A stretch of DNA of 64,000 nucleotides, from NCBI RefSeq assembly GCF_001194135.2, contig NC_068984.1, positions 49,603,859-49,667,858 on the forward strand, given 5' to 3'. The notes beneath the pieces were generated by a model that saw nothing but the letters and a program-made list of their open reading frames with translations, searched no databases and was not told where the DNA came from. The first letter of the stretch is position 1; the number at the start of each line of letters is the position of its first letter. The DNA comes from Octopus bimaculoides (taxonomy: Eukaryota). Shown piece by piece: positions 53,538 to 64,000 of the stretch. The translations under genes and the position numbers were made by a program.

Positions 53538-54569
53538 TTTTAAAGCACCACTACTTGAATCTCTGGAAGTATAGGAAATAAAAGCTGACTAGAAGGCTGA
53601 GGGTTTCTTTTTTGTGGCTTTGACTAGCAGTGACTGAGAGGGGAAGATAGAAAAGGAGAGTTGTACACTGCAGCAGACCTCAGTCACTTGATCATCATGG
53701 GTCATGGTTCCAGTGATGATAGAGGAAGTCACCTTAGTTGCAATCCTAGAAACCAGCATCCAGAATATTCATCTCTCACCCATACTTAGCAGTGCCACTT
53801 CACTGTACTGTGACTTATAGAGTGGAGAAGAGATGGAAACTGACATCAGTTTCCAAATTGTTGGAGATTGATGACAGGCAAAAAGAAAATACTCACCAAA
53901 AGAAGGATGAACAAAGACAGCCAAAAATGATGTTGATGAGCCCCTCTCTTCAGGATGATATTATGCGTTTTACCATTGTGAAGTGGAACAAGGAAAGCAC
54001 AATGGAAATGCCATTTACTTTAACTCACAAGCCACTGCCTTAACAGATGGTCTTTGACAATATGCACCTGATATGTCTTAATTTCTTTCTACTTGTAGAT
54101 TGCTGTATCTGCAAATGATTATTTTGTCATTCTCTGTTAGTGTTTCATTATACTGATATAACCCCTGATGTATGAGAATTCCAGCTTCATAATACCTGCA
54201 AATGCATTGTTTTTATGGAGAAGTGCTAAGCCTTGGCAGTTGGAGACAGTCTGATTAATTGTTTTTCCCAACCTTAGCATATTCTACAAACACTTTATTT
54301 AGTTTTTGGGGAATTCTGAGGGAAAGGCTTTCATCCTCTGCTACAATAAAAAAAATCCAGCACTCTCAACTTTGTTGTGAATTGTCTTTGTCTATTTTCA
54401 TCCTGTTCAGTTTTATTTTTTATATTTACCATATAAAAGATACTCGTGCCATCATTGCATGACATTCTATCACTCCAGTTTTAGTTAAGTTGTTACCTTT
54501 TAAACAATTTCTATTAATGTTACTCTTTTCTCCCCATGTGTCTGCAAAAGTAAATTACTAATCAACAAA

Positions 54570-55190
54570 GCTATGTCCAAAAACGATGTGAGCATAGCAT
54601 GGGATGATTACCAAAAGGCTTTTCACAGCATTTCCTACATGAGATTCCTGGAAAAATTAACTAAGGGAGAATTAATAATAAGCAGATACATGAAACAGGT
54701 AAAAAATAAATGACAAGCAATTCGGCACATTTAGACAAGAGAGCGGATTGTGAGAAAAACTAACTCCAGCTCAAAAACAAGAAGAAAATTCCAATCAGAT
54801 AGAAATACTCGTACTATGGAAGGACAGATAACCACCATTCATAAGTGGACGAGCTCAAGTCGTATCTTGAAAACAATAAACACTATGAGAGATAGTACAT
54901 GGATTTATCAAAAGAATTGATTGGAGATTACGATTCAAAAAATTGAAGAGTATTAATAACGTATTAGATGAGGAAGCAAAGATAAAAGCACTAGACCAAG
55001 TACATTACTTTAAAATGCTTTGAAATCAATTAGCCAGATATAGCTTAACATACATGAAGGAAAAAAAATTGGTTAGGAGGGTGCACAGTAGATTAGAGCT
55101 TAAACCAAAGCTAAATACAAAAACTACAGCAATAGGTATCCACACTAGCTCTCCCAGTAATATAGTTATCTTCACAACTTGACGCTAAAT
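54570..55190 (+). mobile_element. Old R4/Dong-like RT fragment
   Basis: Remnants of AW.DYQKAF, H...DELK.Y.N and KLN.K..AI.I..LALPVI motifs; same clade as 60530-62090. Confidence 0.5.
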
Positions 55191-55789
55191 TAACTAACAA
55201 TACTTAAGAGAAAAAAAGAAACAAACAAAAATATTGATTACAACAGAGCGCATTTACAACAGACAGCGCACGACCTAATAAAAGATTATTTAATCGAAAG
55301 TTAATTGATTGACCAAAAATATTATTGAGTCTAATGATTCCTTCTTATGAATATAAGTTCATATTGCTAAAGACAAAGGTAAGAGAGGGGGAGAGGGGGA
55401 AGTTGTTGACTGCGCTGAAACTAGCAAACAAATTCACCTACTTGCCTACTTATACACTTGCTCGTTGCCTAAGACGTCTTAATCAACGAAATATCTTCTT
55501 ATAAAGTATTTAACACTATCAAATTACGTAGCATATACCAGTGCCTTGCACAACATACCAATGAAAAGGTATTTACCATTTGTAAGGCAGACAGTCTATT
55601 GTTTCAGTGTAAATGTCTTACTTGTTTCCAGCCAATAATAAACGTGTTAGAAGGCATGCATGTTTAGGTGACGTCACCGTGTCTAGTAGGTCCAAAGAGT
55701 GATATAACAAAATTTATCTAAATTCTTGGAATTTGCTGGTAAATCTTTCTAAATTTCTTCGTATCCTCGGTTATTAAATTAATTTCTAA

Positions 55790-55970
55790 TTTTGGCATAA
55801 GGCCAGTAATTTTGGGGCAGGGTAAGTCGATTACATCGGCCTCAGTACTCAACTGGTACTTATCGACTCCGAAAGGTAAAGTTGACCTCAACGGAACTTG
55901 AACTCAGAGTACGAGGACAGATGAAATGCCGCTAAGCATTTTCCCCATTTCTACCATTTCGCTGCCTTAT
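55790..55970 (-). mobile_element. tRNA-derived SINE (18906 family)
   Basis: ttggcataaggccagtaattttgggg...cagtactcaactggtacttatcgactcc...gaactcagag...gctaagcatt. Confidence 0.75.
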
Positions 55971-55989
55971 TCTCGGTCATTAAATTAGC

Positions 55990-56781
55990 ACTAGTGGATC
56001 TTTATGGTTTGACGGCCAACATTTTTTTATGTAGTGTTTTTGGTACTGAAACACTTTCAAACTTCGAATACTTGTATATTTTGTGTTATAGAACAGATAA
56101 AAAATTTTGTATTCGAAGTTATTTCATGTAAAAAATTGTCGTATTTCGGTAATTTCAACCAATCACTGACGTCTATTGAGTTGAAACAATTACGCCGTGG
56201 AATGTAAACAACGGTGTTACGGGATTTTTTCCCTTGAATAAAATTAGTGCCGTTGTTTGTCAACAAAAACTATCCGTTGTCAACAACAACTATCAGCGGT
56301 ATATATTTCGTTTGTCACTGTTATTTATGACATCGTTCGTNNNNNNNNNNNNNNNNNNNNNNNNNNNNNNNNNNNNNNNNNNNNNNNNNNNNNNNNNNNN
56401 NNNNNNNNNNNNNNNNNNNNNNNNNNNNNNNNNNNNNNNNNNNNNNNNNNNNNNNNNNNNNNNNNNNNNNNNNNNNNNNNNGAACCCGAACCCTAAAACC
56501 CTAAACCCTTACTAGGGAATAATGATATAATTAAACAGGGAATAACACACTTGAAACTGAACATCACTAACCGTATTCAGCTGAATAGACATCAGTGATT
56601 GGTTGAAATTACAGAAATACGACAACTTTAACATGAAATAATTTATTAAGAAGTAATTTTTGTTAAGAAGGCTAAACGAAAAAGATGTTTTATATGACAC
56701 ATTCTACCAGTATCCCAAGTTTGAAAGTGTTTCGTTAAGAAAACAAGTGTTGGCCGTCAAACCATAAAGATCCGCATTAGT
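55990..56781. mobile_element. Long-TIR fold-back/MITE with a central gap and telomere-like motif
   Basis: actagtggatctttatggtttgacggccaaca...tttcaaccaatcactgacgtctatt (to ~56185) matches the reverse complement of 56575-56781; aaccctaaaaccctaaaccct at ~56488-56509. Confidence 0.8.
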
Positions 56782-56799
56782 AAATTGTACCCTAATTCC

Positions 56800-57450
56800 A
56801 TTTAAGCTATGCTTAAAGAAATACCCGTTAATCCTTAACTCGCATAATGAGTCGGTCGGCTAATCATTCCTTCTCTGAAAGAATTTTGTTTATTCAATGT
56901 TTAGTTTCCCTATCAATTAATTATTTGACCATCAGATAAGGCTACGGATAGCTATGACGAGATTGCTTCAAATCAGTAATGGGCAAACTGCAGCCCGTGG
57001 GACTTTCTGAACGGCGCACCTAACAAAAAATTACCTTTAGATATTTTCAAAGACTTCTCGGCAGCAACAACAGCAATAAGGCAATAAGAAGGCTAGAAGT
57101 AGTTTCAGCAGCAGCAAAATCTGCAACAGCAACGACCGTAACAACAAAAATAACGACGATGAATAAGTGAGCGGCGGAGCGACTCCATGGGTAGGTAATT
57201 GTTTGCTGGGATAGCGGCAGTACAAAACGCTTTTTGTTCCCTCTAAACGACAAAGAGGCATGCCTGACGCGAACGAAACGGCTTGTAAACATGAAAGGGA
57301 AGAGAGCACAAGCTGCCATTCCAGCGTAGATTTCAGCAGCAGCCGTACGGAAGACGGTGATGGAGCACTATGTGTCGGCTAAAACTCGAAGCCAGAAAGC
57401 AGTGGCACAAGCCCAGGGGAAAAGGGCACTAAAATAAATGTGGGCAGATA
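56800..57450. promoter_or_regulatory. CpG-enriched unique region, putative promoter/first exon(s)
   Basis: High CpG density relative to the window; CAG/CAA-repeat leader typical of 5' UTRs; donor-like sites on both strands (plus: ccATGG|gtaggt at 57187-57196 and AATAA|gtgagc; minus: AAAG|gtaatt at 57034). Confidence 0.4.
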
Positions 57451-57769
57451 TAGATCATGTGATATAGATCAAAGCAGTTCAGAAGTGTGGCGGTCCACTT
57501 GAAGAGAGAAGCTGTCACGCAGAAGCACTTCATAGTTTCACACGCGACAGAAAGCTTATCCTCTACAGAACGTATTTTGGGAAAAGGAACTATCGTGTTA
57601 ACATAGAGGAGAGGGGGAAGTTGTTGACTGCGCCGAAACTAGCAAACAAATTCACCTACTTGCCTACTTATACACTTGTTTGTTGCCTAAGACGTCTTAA
57701 TCAACGAAATATCTTCTTATAAAGTATTTAACACTATCGAATTACGTAGCATATACCAGTGCCTCTAAA

Positions 57770-60160
57770 TCAAACCTGAAGAGGTGTAAAAGATCTCTGA
57801 CCTTATCCACCTTTTCAGTGGAGTGGAACTTCGTCTTGCAGTTGAAGGCAGTATTCTGTAGGCCATCGGATAAAGATAGCAAATGTTGTCCACATTTTCA
57901 CATGGTCGGCTACACAGACCACGAGTTCGTGATCTATACGGTCGACCTAAATAGGCTTCGTTAACAGGGCCCCAGTTACTGGAAACTGAACACGTCGTTA
58001 CCAGCGTGTCGAGCTTACAGAGACCAGATTACCGTATTAGTTAAGAGGTTGTTGACCGGGGCAATGGTCAACAACAACTGGTCGTTTGCTTATAAAAGGG
58101 CAATTAGAGTAGAATCCATTCGGTTTAGTAAGGCTTTAGCGGTAAAAAGAAATAGAATAGAAGGAGATTTAGTTAGGAAGTTAGATGAGGAAACTCAGGA
58201 AAGGCATCGCAACCGACGTGCTGGCCGCGAGATTGGCCCTTGACCAATTTTTCGACGTCAAACACAAAGGCTGTGTTGTCAGAGCTAAGACAAATTCACT
58301 AAGTGGGGAGAGAACGAAAAGCCGCTCGATGAGCCCGTATGGCGAGAGGCAAAACGTGGAAACAAAGCCACCATTCGGTCTTTGGTGCACCAGAACAGGA
58401 GCGAGATGTTTGAACCGAAGCAGGTGTGTGTGGTCTTTCAGCAGCACTTTGCTCGACTGTTCGGGAAGAGTGGTAGGACGAATAACAGGGCAGACTTTGG
58501 TGTTTATCTGGACGGCCTGCCGCAACTCTCGGCGAGCGAGGTGGAGTGCTGCGAAAGGCCGATAACAGCCGCAGAAGCAATGAAGAGCTGTACGAGAGGC
58601 AGATCGCCAGGTTTGGATGGTCTGCCCTACAAGATTTATATTTCGATGCTAGATATGTTTGGAGGCTTCTTACAAGATATCTACCGCAACTGACCGCAGA
58701 ATGGGAGAATTCCCACTTTTGTCTGTCGAGGGGCGGTGGCACTGCTGAGAAAGGACCCAAACAAGAGGAACATTATCGAGAATTTCAGGCCTATCACTCT
58801 GCTCAATGCAGAATTGAAGATTTTGGACAAAGTGTTAGCCAAGAGGTTGGTACTTCCGCCCTTCTGTATGTACTGACTCTTCAGCCACTGCTGTGGAAAT
58901 TGGAGGCATTGAGAGGTGCCTCGCATGATCTAGGATGTGGGAGAAGCGTGTCTGCTTATGCCGACGACGTCACCGTGATAGTGTCGAGCCACATGCACAT
59001 AGAATTGATTGGCGGCACATTACAAGAATATAAAACGGTGACATGAACATAAATTAACGTGGAATAGTAAGTGGGCTTGCAACTCAGCACCTGGAGAGGC
59101 AAGTCCAAGACTTCCAACAGCGTCGTGGGGCTCTGGACAGACAGTCCGGTTAAATTGCTTGGCGTCTCGTTCGGTCCAGACCTCCATTTGGCGAAAAAAT
59201 GGGACGAGGCGACGAACAGGGTGGCCAATCTCACCCAGAAATGGGCCGAGAGGAAGCTGTCACTGAAAGTTCGAGCTGAGTTGACAAATGCGTACATCGC
59301 ATCCGTCATCTATTACCGCTTGACTGTCGTCCCTTGCCCCTTATATTGGCTGAACAAGCTGGTTCACTTACACTTACACCTTCTGTAGACGGGTCTCGTT
59401 CAGCTGGTCAGGCGCTCCATCCGCTGTCAACAGCTCTTTCTTTGACGGTGAGTAGGTGTGGTGTCTTAGACTCGCACAGCTCGTATCTTTGANNNNNNNN
59501 NNAGGGCGCTTGGCACCTTGAGTGCCATCAAACGCTCACAGTCCTCCGCTAGGTGGGTAATGTGGTCGATAGTAGTCCCACTCTTGCGTTCTATAGAGGG
59601 TTAGCGGAGGAAAAGTGGGATGACGTTCTCGGGTAAACTCTGGGCGTCGACGAGGATCAACTCACTTGGTCTGTTTCGGAGGACTTTACGGCCTGGGACT
59701 ATAGATAACTTCCAGATATCTCTCACCTGGCAGTGCTACCGAGGGGCGCTGCCCGTTCGAGATAAACTTTACAGGAACGGAAGTGCCGTCAGCCCAGCCT
59801 GCTCGAGGTGCGCGCAGAGCGACGTAACCATTCTGCACGCCCTCGTCCAATGCCCAAGCATTGCTGACCTGTGGGTGTATGTCAAAGATTTGTTGTCCGC
59901 GTAGGACGGATCCGACTATCAGCTGAATCCTTAGTGAAGATTGCCCCACTGCCCTCCTTTGGCCGGGAGGGGAACTCGTTTGATGGCACTCGCGATGCTA
60001 GGCCGGGACGGGCAGGCAATTTTAATTTGTCTGGTGGCTGTAGCGAAAGAGGTAGTGTGGTGGACACGCTTGAAAGGACCAAAGACAAACACTTACCTCT
60101 TCGGCCAAGCCCTCATTTTATGTTGTTTTATGTAAGCCCTTGTGGCTAATAAAAGAATTA
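57770..60160 (+). mobile_element. Degenerate L1/Tx1-clade LINE ORF2 (EN end, RT, Cys-rich tail)
   Basis: QGPSYWKLNTSL, SPGLDGLPY, NFRPITLLNAELKI, AYADDVTVIV, PVKLLGVSFG, RKLSLKVRAE and CSRCAQSDVTILHALVQCP motifs across frameshifts; aataaa at 60148; internal RT deletion. Confidence 0.92.
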
Positions 60161-60529
60161 ATTATTTCTGTTGCTACACAAAGTTATACATTGAACGTTT
60201 ATTATCGTTTTATAGATAAACTGACCAGGACCTTGGGGAGCTGCTTAGTTTTCTCCATGTATAGCCCTTAGGATCTAAACTGGGGCTTGTTTAGCAAATA
60301 AACTCTCAATTATTGTTTCTAAAATGGAAGGTGTTGAACAAGGATTGTTCGTCCGCTGAAAAGTAGAGCCAGCTATCCGCAGAACTGAACAGCGAAATTG
60401 TAAAAGTCAGCAGTAACAGCAACAACAATAACAACAACAACAACAACAATAACAACACAGCACAAGAAAAATATGAAACTAATTTAATTTTCCACTGTTA
60501 AAATTCCAACACAGACATTACCATCACAA

Positions 60530-62090
60530 CAATAACAAAAGAGAACAATGACAACAAAAAGCAACAGCACAAGCAAGAACATTGTCACTTCCATTCTTTC
60601 TTTAGCAAGGGGCACGCAACATCAGTTGTTGAGCACATGCAGTTCATTTTGTCCACTACTACTAAGTCCGCTTGGATTGGGAAATCCCGCAGGATTTTGA
60701 ATGTTTTCGACTCAGCTATTCTCTATGGTTTGTGCTCATACCACGTCTTGTCTCTCTCTAACCCGCACATTTCACCAAGTTTTAGATGCAGCACTTTCGT
60801 TACCTCACCGTGTCGCCACAGCTTATATTTGTTTTGGACTAGTCAAAGGCACTCCTTCACAATATGAGCAATGCTTTCGTCAAATCTATTAAAGATTCGG
60901 CACAATGGAGACGCTAGCTCATTTCTAAGGTTAGCCCTCCGATATGCGGCTAAAGTTTAGTTTTGCGCTGCCAGTATAGTGCTCTCAGTCTCTTTTTTTA
61001 GGGTTCCGTTTCTTCAACCGGTCCCAGCTACGTTATCCAGCAATTTCATTTATGACTACTTTGAATCGACTGTGTAGTCTATTGTTGCGTAGTACTTCAT
61101 GACCTTCTAGTACTTCTTGTTTTGTTCTTCTCTTTGTTCCTGTTTTCAATATGCCCTCATCTCAAACTTTTACTAACAAGGTTTCCACACACTTCGTTAG
61201 ATATCTCAGCAAGTTCCCATGTATAATATGCACGCAGTCTTCCACACTTATCAATCTCCTTCCTCTATTTGCTTTCTTCACGTACAGGCGATCAATGTCT
61301 GCACGTGAATGATGGGCTCCATGCTTGGTTAGGAGCTTTCTTGTTTTCCTGTCCAACTCCTTTAACTCATTTCCTGTCCACTTCAGAATTCCAGCTCCAT
61401 ACCGAACCACTGAGACTGCGCACGAGTTTATGGCCAAGATTATGTTTCTGACATTCAACTTTGAATCCAATGTCTTTATCAATCGCCGCATATACTCCAT
61501 CTTTTCTTTTATATTATTATGCAAAATTCCATTTGCCTCAAGTATTTCCCGATATTTATATCCGGATACAGGTTCAATTGCCTTCATCATTTCACTTCTT
61601 GGCATATACCTACTCTTACAAACATTTCTTGTCTCATTACCGTCACAGCACATTTTGAAAGTCCAAACTCCATCTTAATATCATTCGAGAAAATTCAATT
61701 CTACCTATTTTTTTATGAACAACTAAATAGCAAGTGATTAAGCTTTCTTTTACCACTTCCTAGATCATATACCAACTTTGCTTCCGTAGTATATCACTCA
61801 AGGGAATCATTTCCAGTACAAAGATCAGTGGGAATACATTGTCCCCTGGAATATTCCTCTCCTAATTTTCACGTCGCCTAACACCTGATGACCTGCTGTC
61901 AATTCAGTTCTCTGACATTTCATACGGTTCTATATAAAGCATCTCATGTTTTCTGCTACTTTATACATTTCTGTCGTTCTTGTTATCCGAGAGTGTGGTA
62001 TCATATCATAAGCTTTACAGTAATCAATCCATGCCTTGTTCAAATGTGTGTGTCTTCTCTTGCAGTTTCTGATATGTTGCTGTTACAATT
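60530..62090 (-). mobile_element. Degenerate R4/Dong/Rex6-like LINE (RT plus restriction-like endonuclease)
   Basis: IDY.KAYDMIPHSW, RRGIFQGD, ELDRKTRKLLTKHGAHHSRADIDRLYVKKANRGRRLISVEDCV, ESIAHIVKEC, KTWYEHKP and DVACP motifs; the 3' side lies near an (AAC/AAT)n tract at ~60410-60460. Confidence 0.88.
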
Positions 62091-62649
62091 TAGTATATAA
62101 TAATTAAATGTAATAATAATCATCAATATATAAATATTTCTTTTACTGAAATATTCTTCATTAGATATACATCTTTCACAATTTTACGATACTTTAACTT
62201 AATTTCTTCAAACACATTCTTTAAGCTTTGTTAGCTTTTACAGAGTAACTGCAATATTTTTCTGCCTTCTGCCTGCCAAGAAAGCAATGGAGACTGAGAG
62301 TGATATATGGCATTCGTGTTAGTCTACTTTCGTTAAAAATATTTAGTCTGTTTACTGAGATTTTATAGCAGTTTAACTATATGAATATATTACCCGCAAC
62401 CCTCGTCCCGCTATTAGGTTACGAACGGTTTAGACGCTACGTGCTGGATACATTTCTTATATAACATCGGTTAGTAATATAACAAGGTTGACTGCTAAAC
62501 TAGTTTACTAACTAATGAAAACATAATATGCTAACAGCATAGTTCTTTTTTTAATTCGACCTCAAAAGCTGCTGTTTCATGTACAAATACACACTTGCAT
62601 ACATGTAAATACGTGTGTATTTATGTGCGCATACACACACACATACACA

Positions 62650-62683
<34 letters not shown>

Positions 62684-62873
62684 TAGGCATGTGCATATAT
62701 ATGTTTATGGATGTACACATACATACGTGTGTGTGTGTGTGTGTGTAGGCGCGCAATATGTATCGGCGTACATCATTAGTTATGTATGTATATAATATAT
62801 TCCTGTATACACATAAACATACATGCACACACATAAGCATATACACATATACGTATGTATGTATGTATGTATG

Positions 62874-62914
<41 letters not shown>

Positions 62915-62924
62915 NNNNNNNNNN

Positions 62925-62977
<53 letters not shown>

Positions 62978-63149
62978 TTGTTTCGCATGATCATTGAAAT
63001 AAAACCGTGTTGAAACAGCTCCTGTATTCTGGCAGAGCCGTAAAAATATACACTTGAGGGTAGTTCAGTTATTTATTGATTGATAGAATTTCAAATTATT
63101 TCGTCACAACTCTAGATTTCTCCCTGAGTACTCCGTGGATGATTAATTT

Positions 63150-63560
63150 TCTGAAAGTCTTTATTGTATGTTAGTAGTCTTATTGGGGAATGGTAGTGTG
63201 TTCATTGTGCAAATATGCGTATGTGCATATTTATATGGGTATGTGTTTGTTGTCTTGGACTTCTGGTAGGTGAACTCGTGCGGGTGTATAACTGGGGTGT
63301 CACAAAGTTTTTGTACTGGTAAGTGTCCTTCTGTGTATGCATTCACGCATGTTTTTTTCACACAGGTCCACAAATTCCACCACACTACATAATTCCAGAT
63401 CCGAAAGTTTTAGCAAATGCAATCACATGGAAAGGTTTCTTTTGCCGAACTTGAAGGACATCACTCACGCCGGACTGAGTAGCTGTCTCACAGACTTGGC
63501 CGCCTTCCACTTTTATTATTCTACACCAGCTGCACTAATTATGGTTTCTGCAGTGAAAGG
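63150..63560 (-). mobile_element. Probable Tc1-type transposase remnant
   Basis: Minus-strand SGIM*CGGICG (MVWGGI-like) followed about 44 codons later by QDN, matching Tc1 spacing; stops and frameshifts. Confidence 0.4.
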
Positions 63561-63904
63561 GGACGAAGATCTTGGTTTACTTACTTTTCCTCTCTTTCTC
63601 TTCGTTCCACTTTCTGTATCAACATTCTTCACGATTTTTCCTCTCTTTTTTTTTCTTCTCGTTTTTTCTTATGCTTTCTCATAGTCCAGCGTCCTGGTTT
63701 TTAAATATATCATATATCTAATGTATGATCATTCTGAAAGTTTGTTCGGAGATATATGGCATGTTATATAAATCTAACAATTTAATGTCTCTTAAAAGCA
63801 TGAAACTATTAGTATCTCTTTTGTAATTGTGTATATCAAATGATATTTATCTCTTAGTAGTTGGAGTACTTCTTTTGTTGATCCTACCTATATTCGAACA
63901 GTAA

Positions 63905-63907
<3 letters not shown>

Positions 63908-63965
<58 letters not shown>

Positions 63966-64000
63966 ATCTCTCTCTTTCTCTCTCTCTCTCTTTCTCTCTA
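63908..64000. repeat. (CT)n microsatellite
   Basis: Direct reading; one of dozens of (AT)n, (CA)n, (ATGT)n and (CT)n tracts in the window. Confidence 0.95.

Larger units (their letters stand above)
55385..57765 (+). repeat. ~170-bp near-identical direct repeat pair (55385-55555 and 57605-57765)
   Basis: gaggggaagttgttgactgcgc(t/c)gaaactagcaaacaaattcacc...gcatataccagtgcct occurs twice with only a few substitutions. Confidence 0.9.

Noticed and set aside
57037-57319. Two 90-aa hydrophobic minus-strand ORFs resembling signal peptides
   Set aside because: They derive from GCT/GTT low-complexity repeats and stop before the donor; better explained as UTR-like sequence.
63366-63434. Plus-strand exon-like segment GPQIPPHYIIPDPKVLANAITWK
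   Set aside because: Not called as a CDS because it is antisense to a Tc1 MVWGGI-like remnant and its donor (gtttct) is weak; kept only as a hypothesis in the findings.
1-64000. Other CTGATGA occurrences, conserved miRNAs, tRNA/snRNA/rRNA genes and CRISPR arrays
   Set aside because: The other CTGATGA hits lack a paired stem II followed by GAAA. I recognised no conserved miRNA or structural RNA by eye (an Infernal/tRNAscan-SE run would be decisive), and tRNA-like boxes occur only in SINE heads.

Overview
AT-rich eukaryotic genomic DNA from a gapped draft assembly. The dense (AT)n/(CA)n microsatellites and the SINE/RTE repeat families suggest an octopus or other coleoid cephalopod (inference). 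No long intact protein-coding gene, rRNA, tRNA or CRISPR array is visible, and most ORFs in the supplied track are microsatellite, N-gap or antisense-transposon artefacts. Well-supported content: a full-length but decayed Tc1-type transposon with DD36E spacing (3414-4674); many 5'-truncated RTE LINE copies, one nested in a hAT MITE with a perfect 8-bp TSD; degenerate L1/Tx1-like and R4/Dong-like LINEs; tRNA-derived SINEs; and three fold-back elements. The most striking single item is a complete type I hammerhead ribozyme core at 9337-9402 with a palindromic stem III. A repeat-poor block of about 19 kb (18.6-37.4 kb) holds several splice-flanked open frames that may be exons of an unrecognised plus-strand gene. 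One strong minus-strand exon candidate lies at 8401-8507, and a CpG-rich putative promoter/first-exon region at about 56.8-57.45 kb. All exon calls are tentative because no protein homology was recognised.
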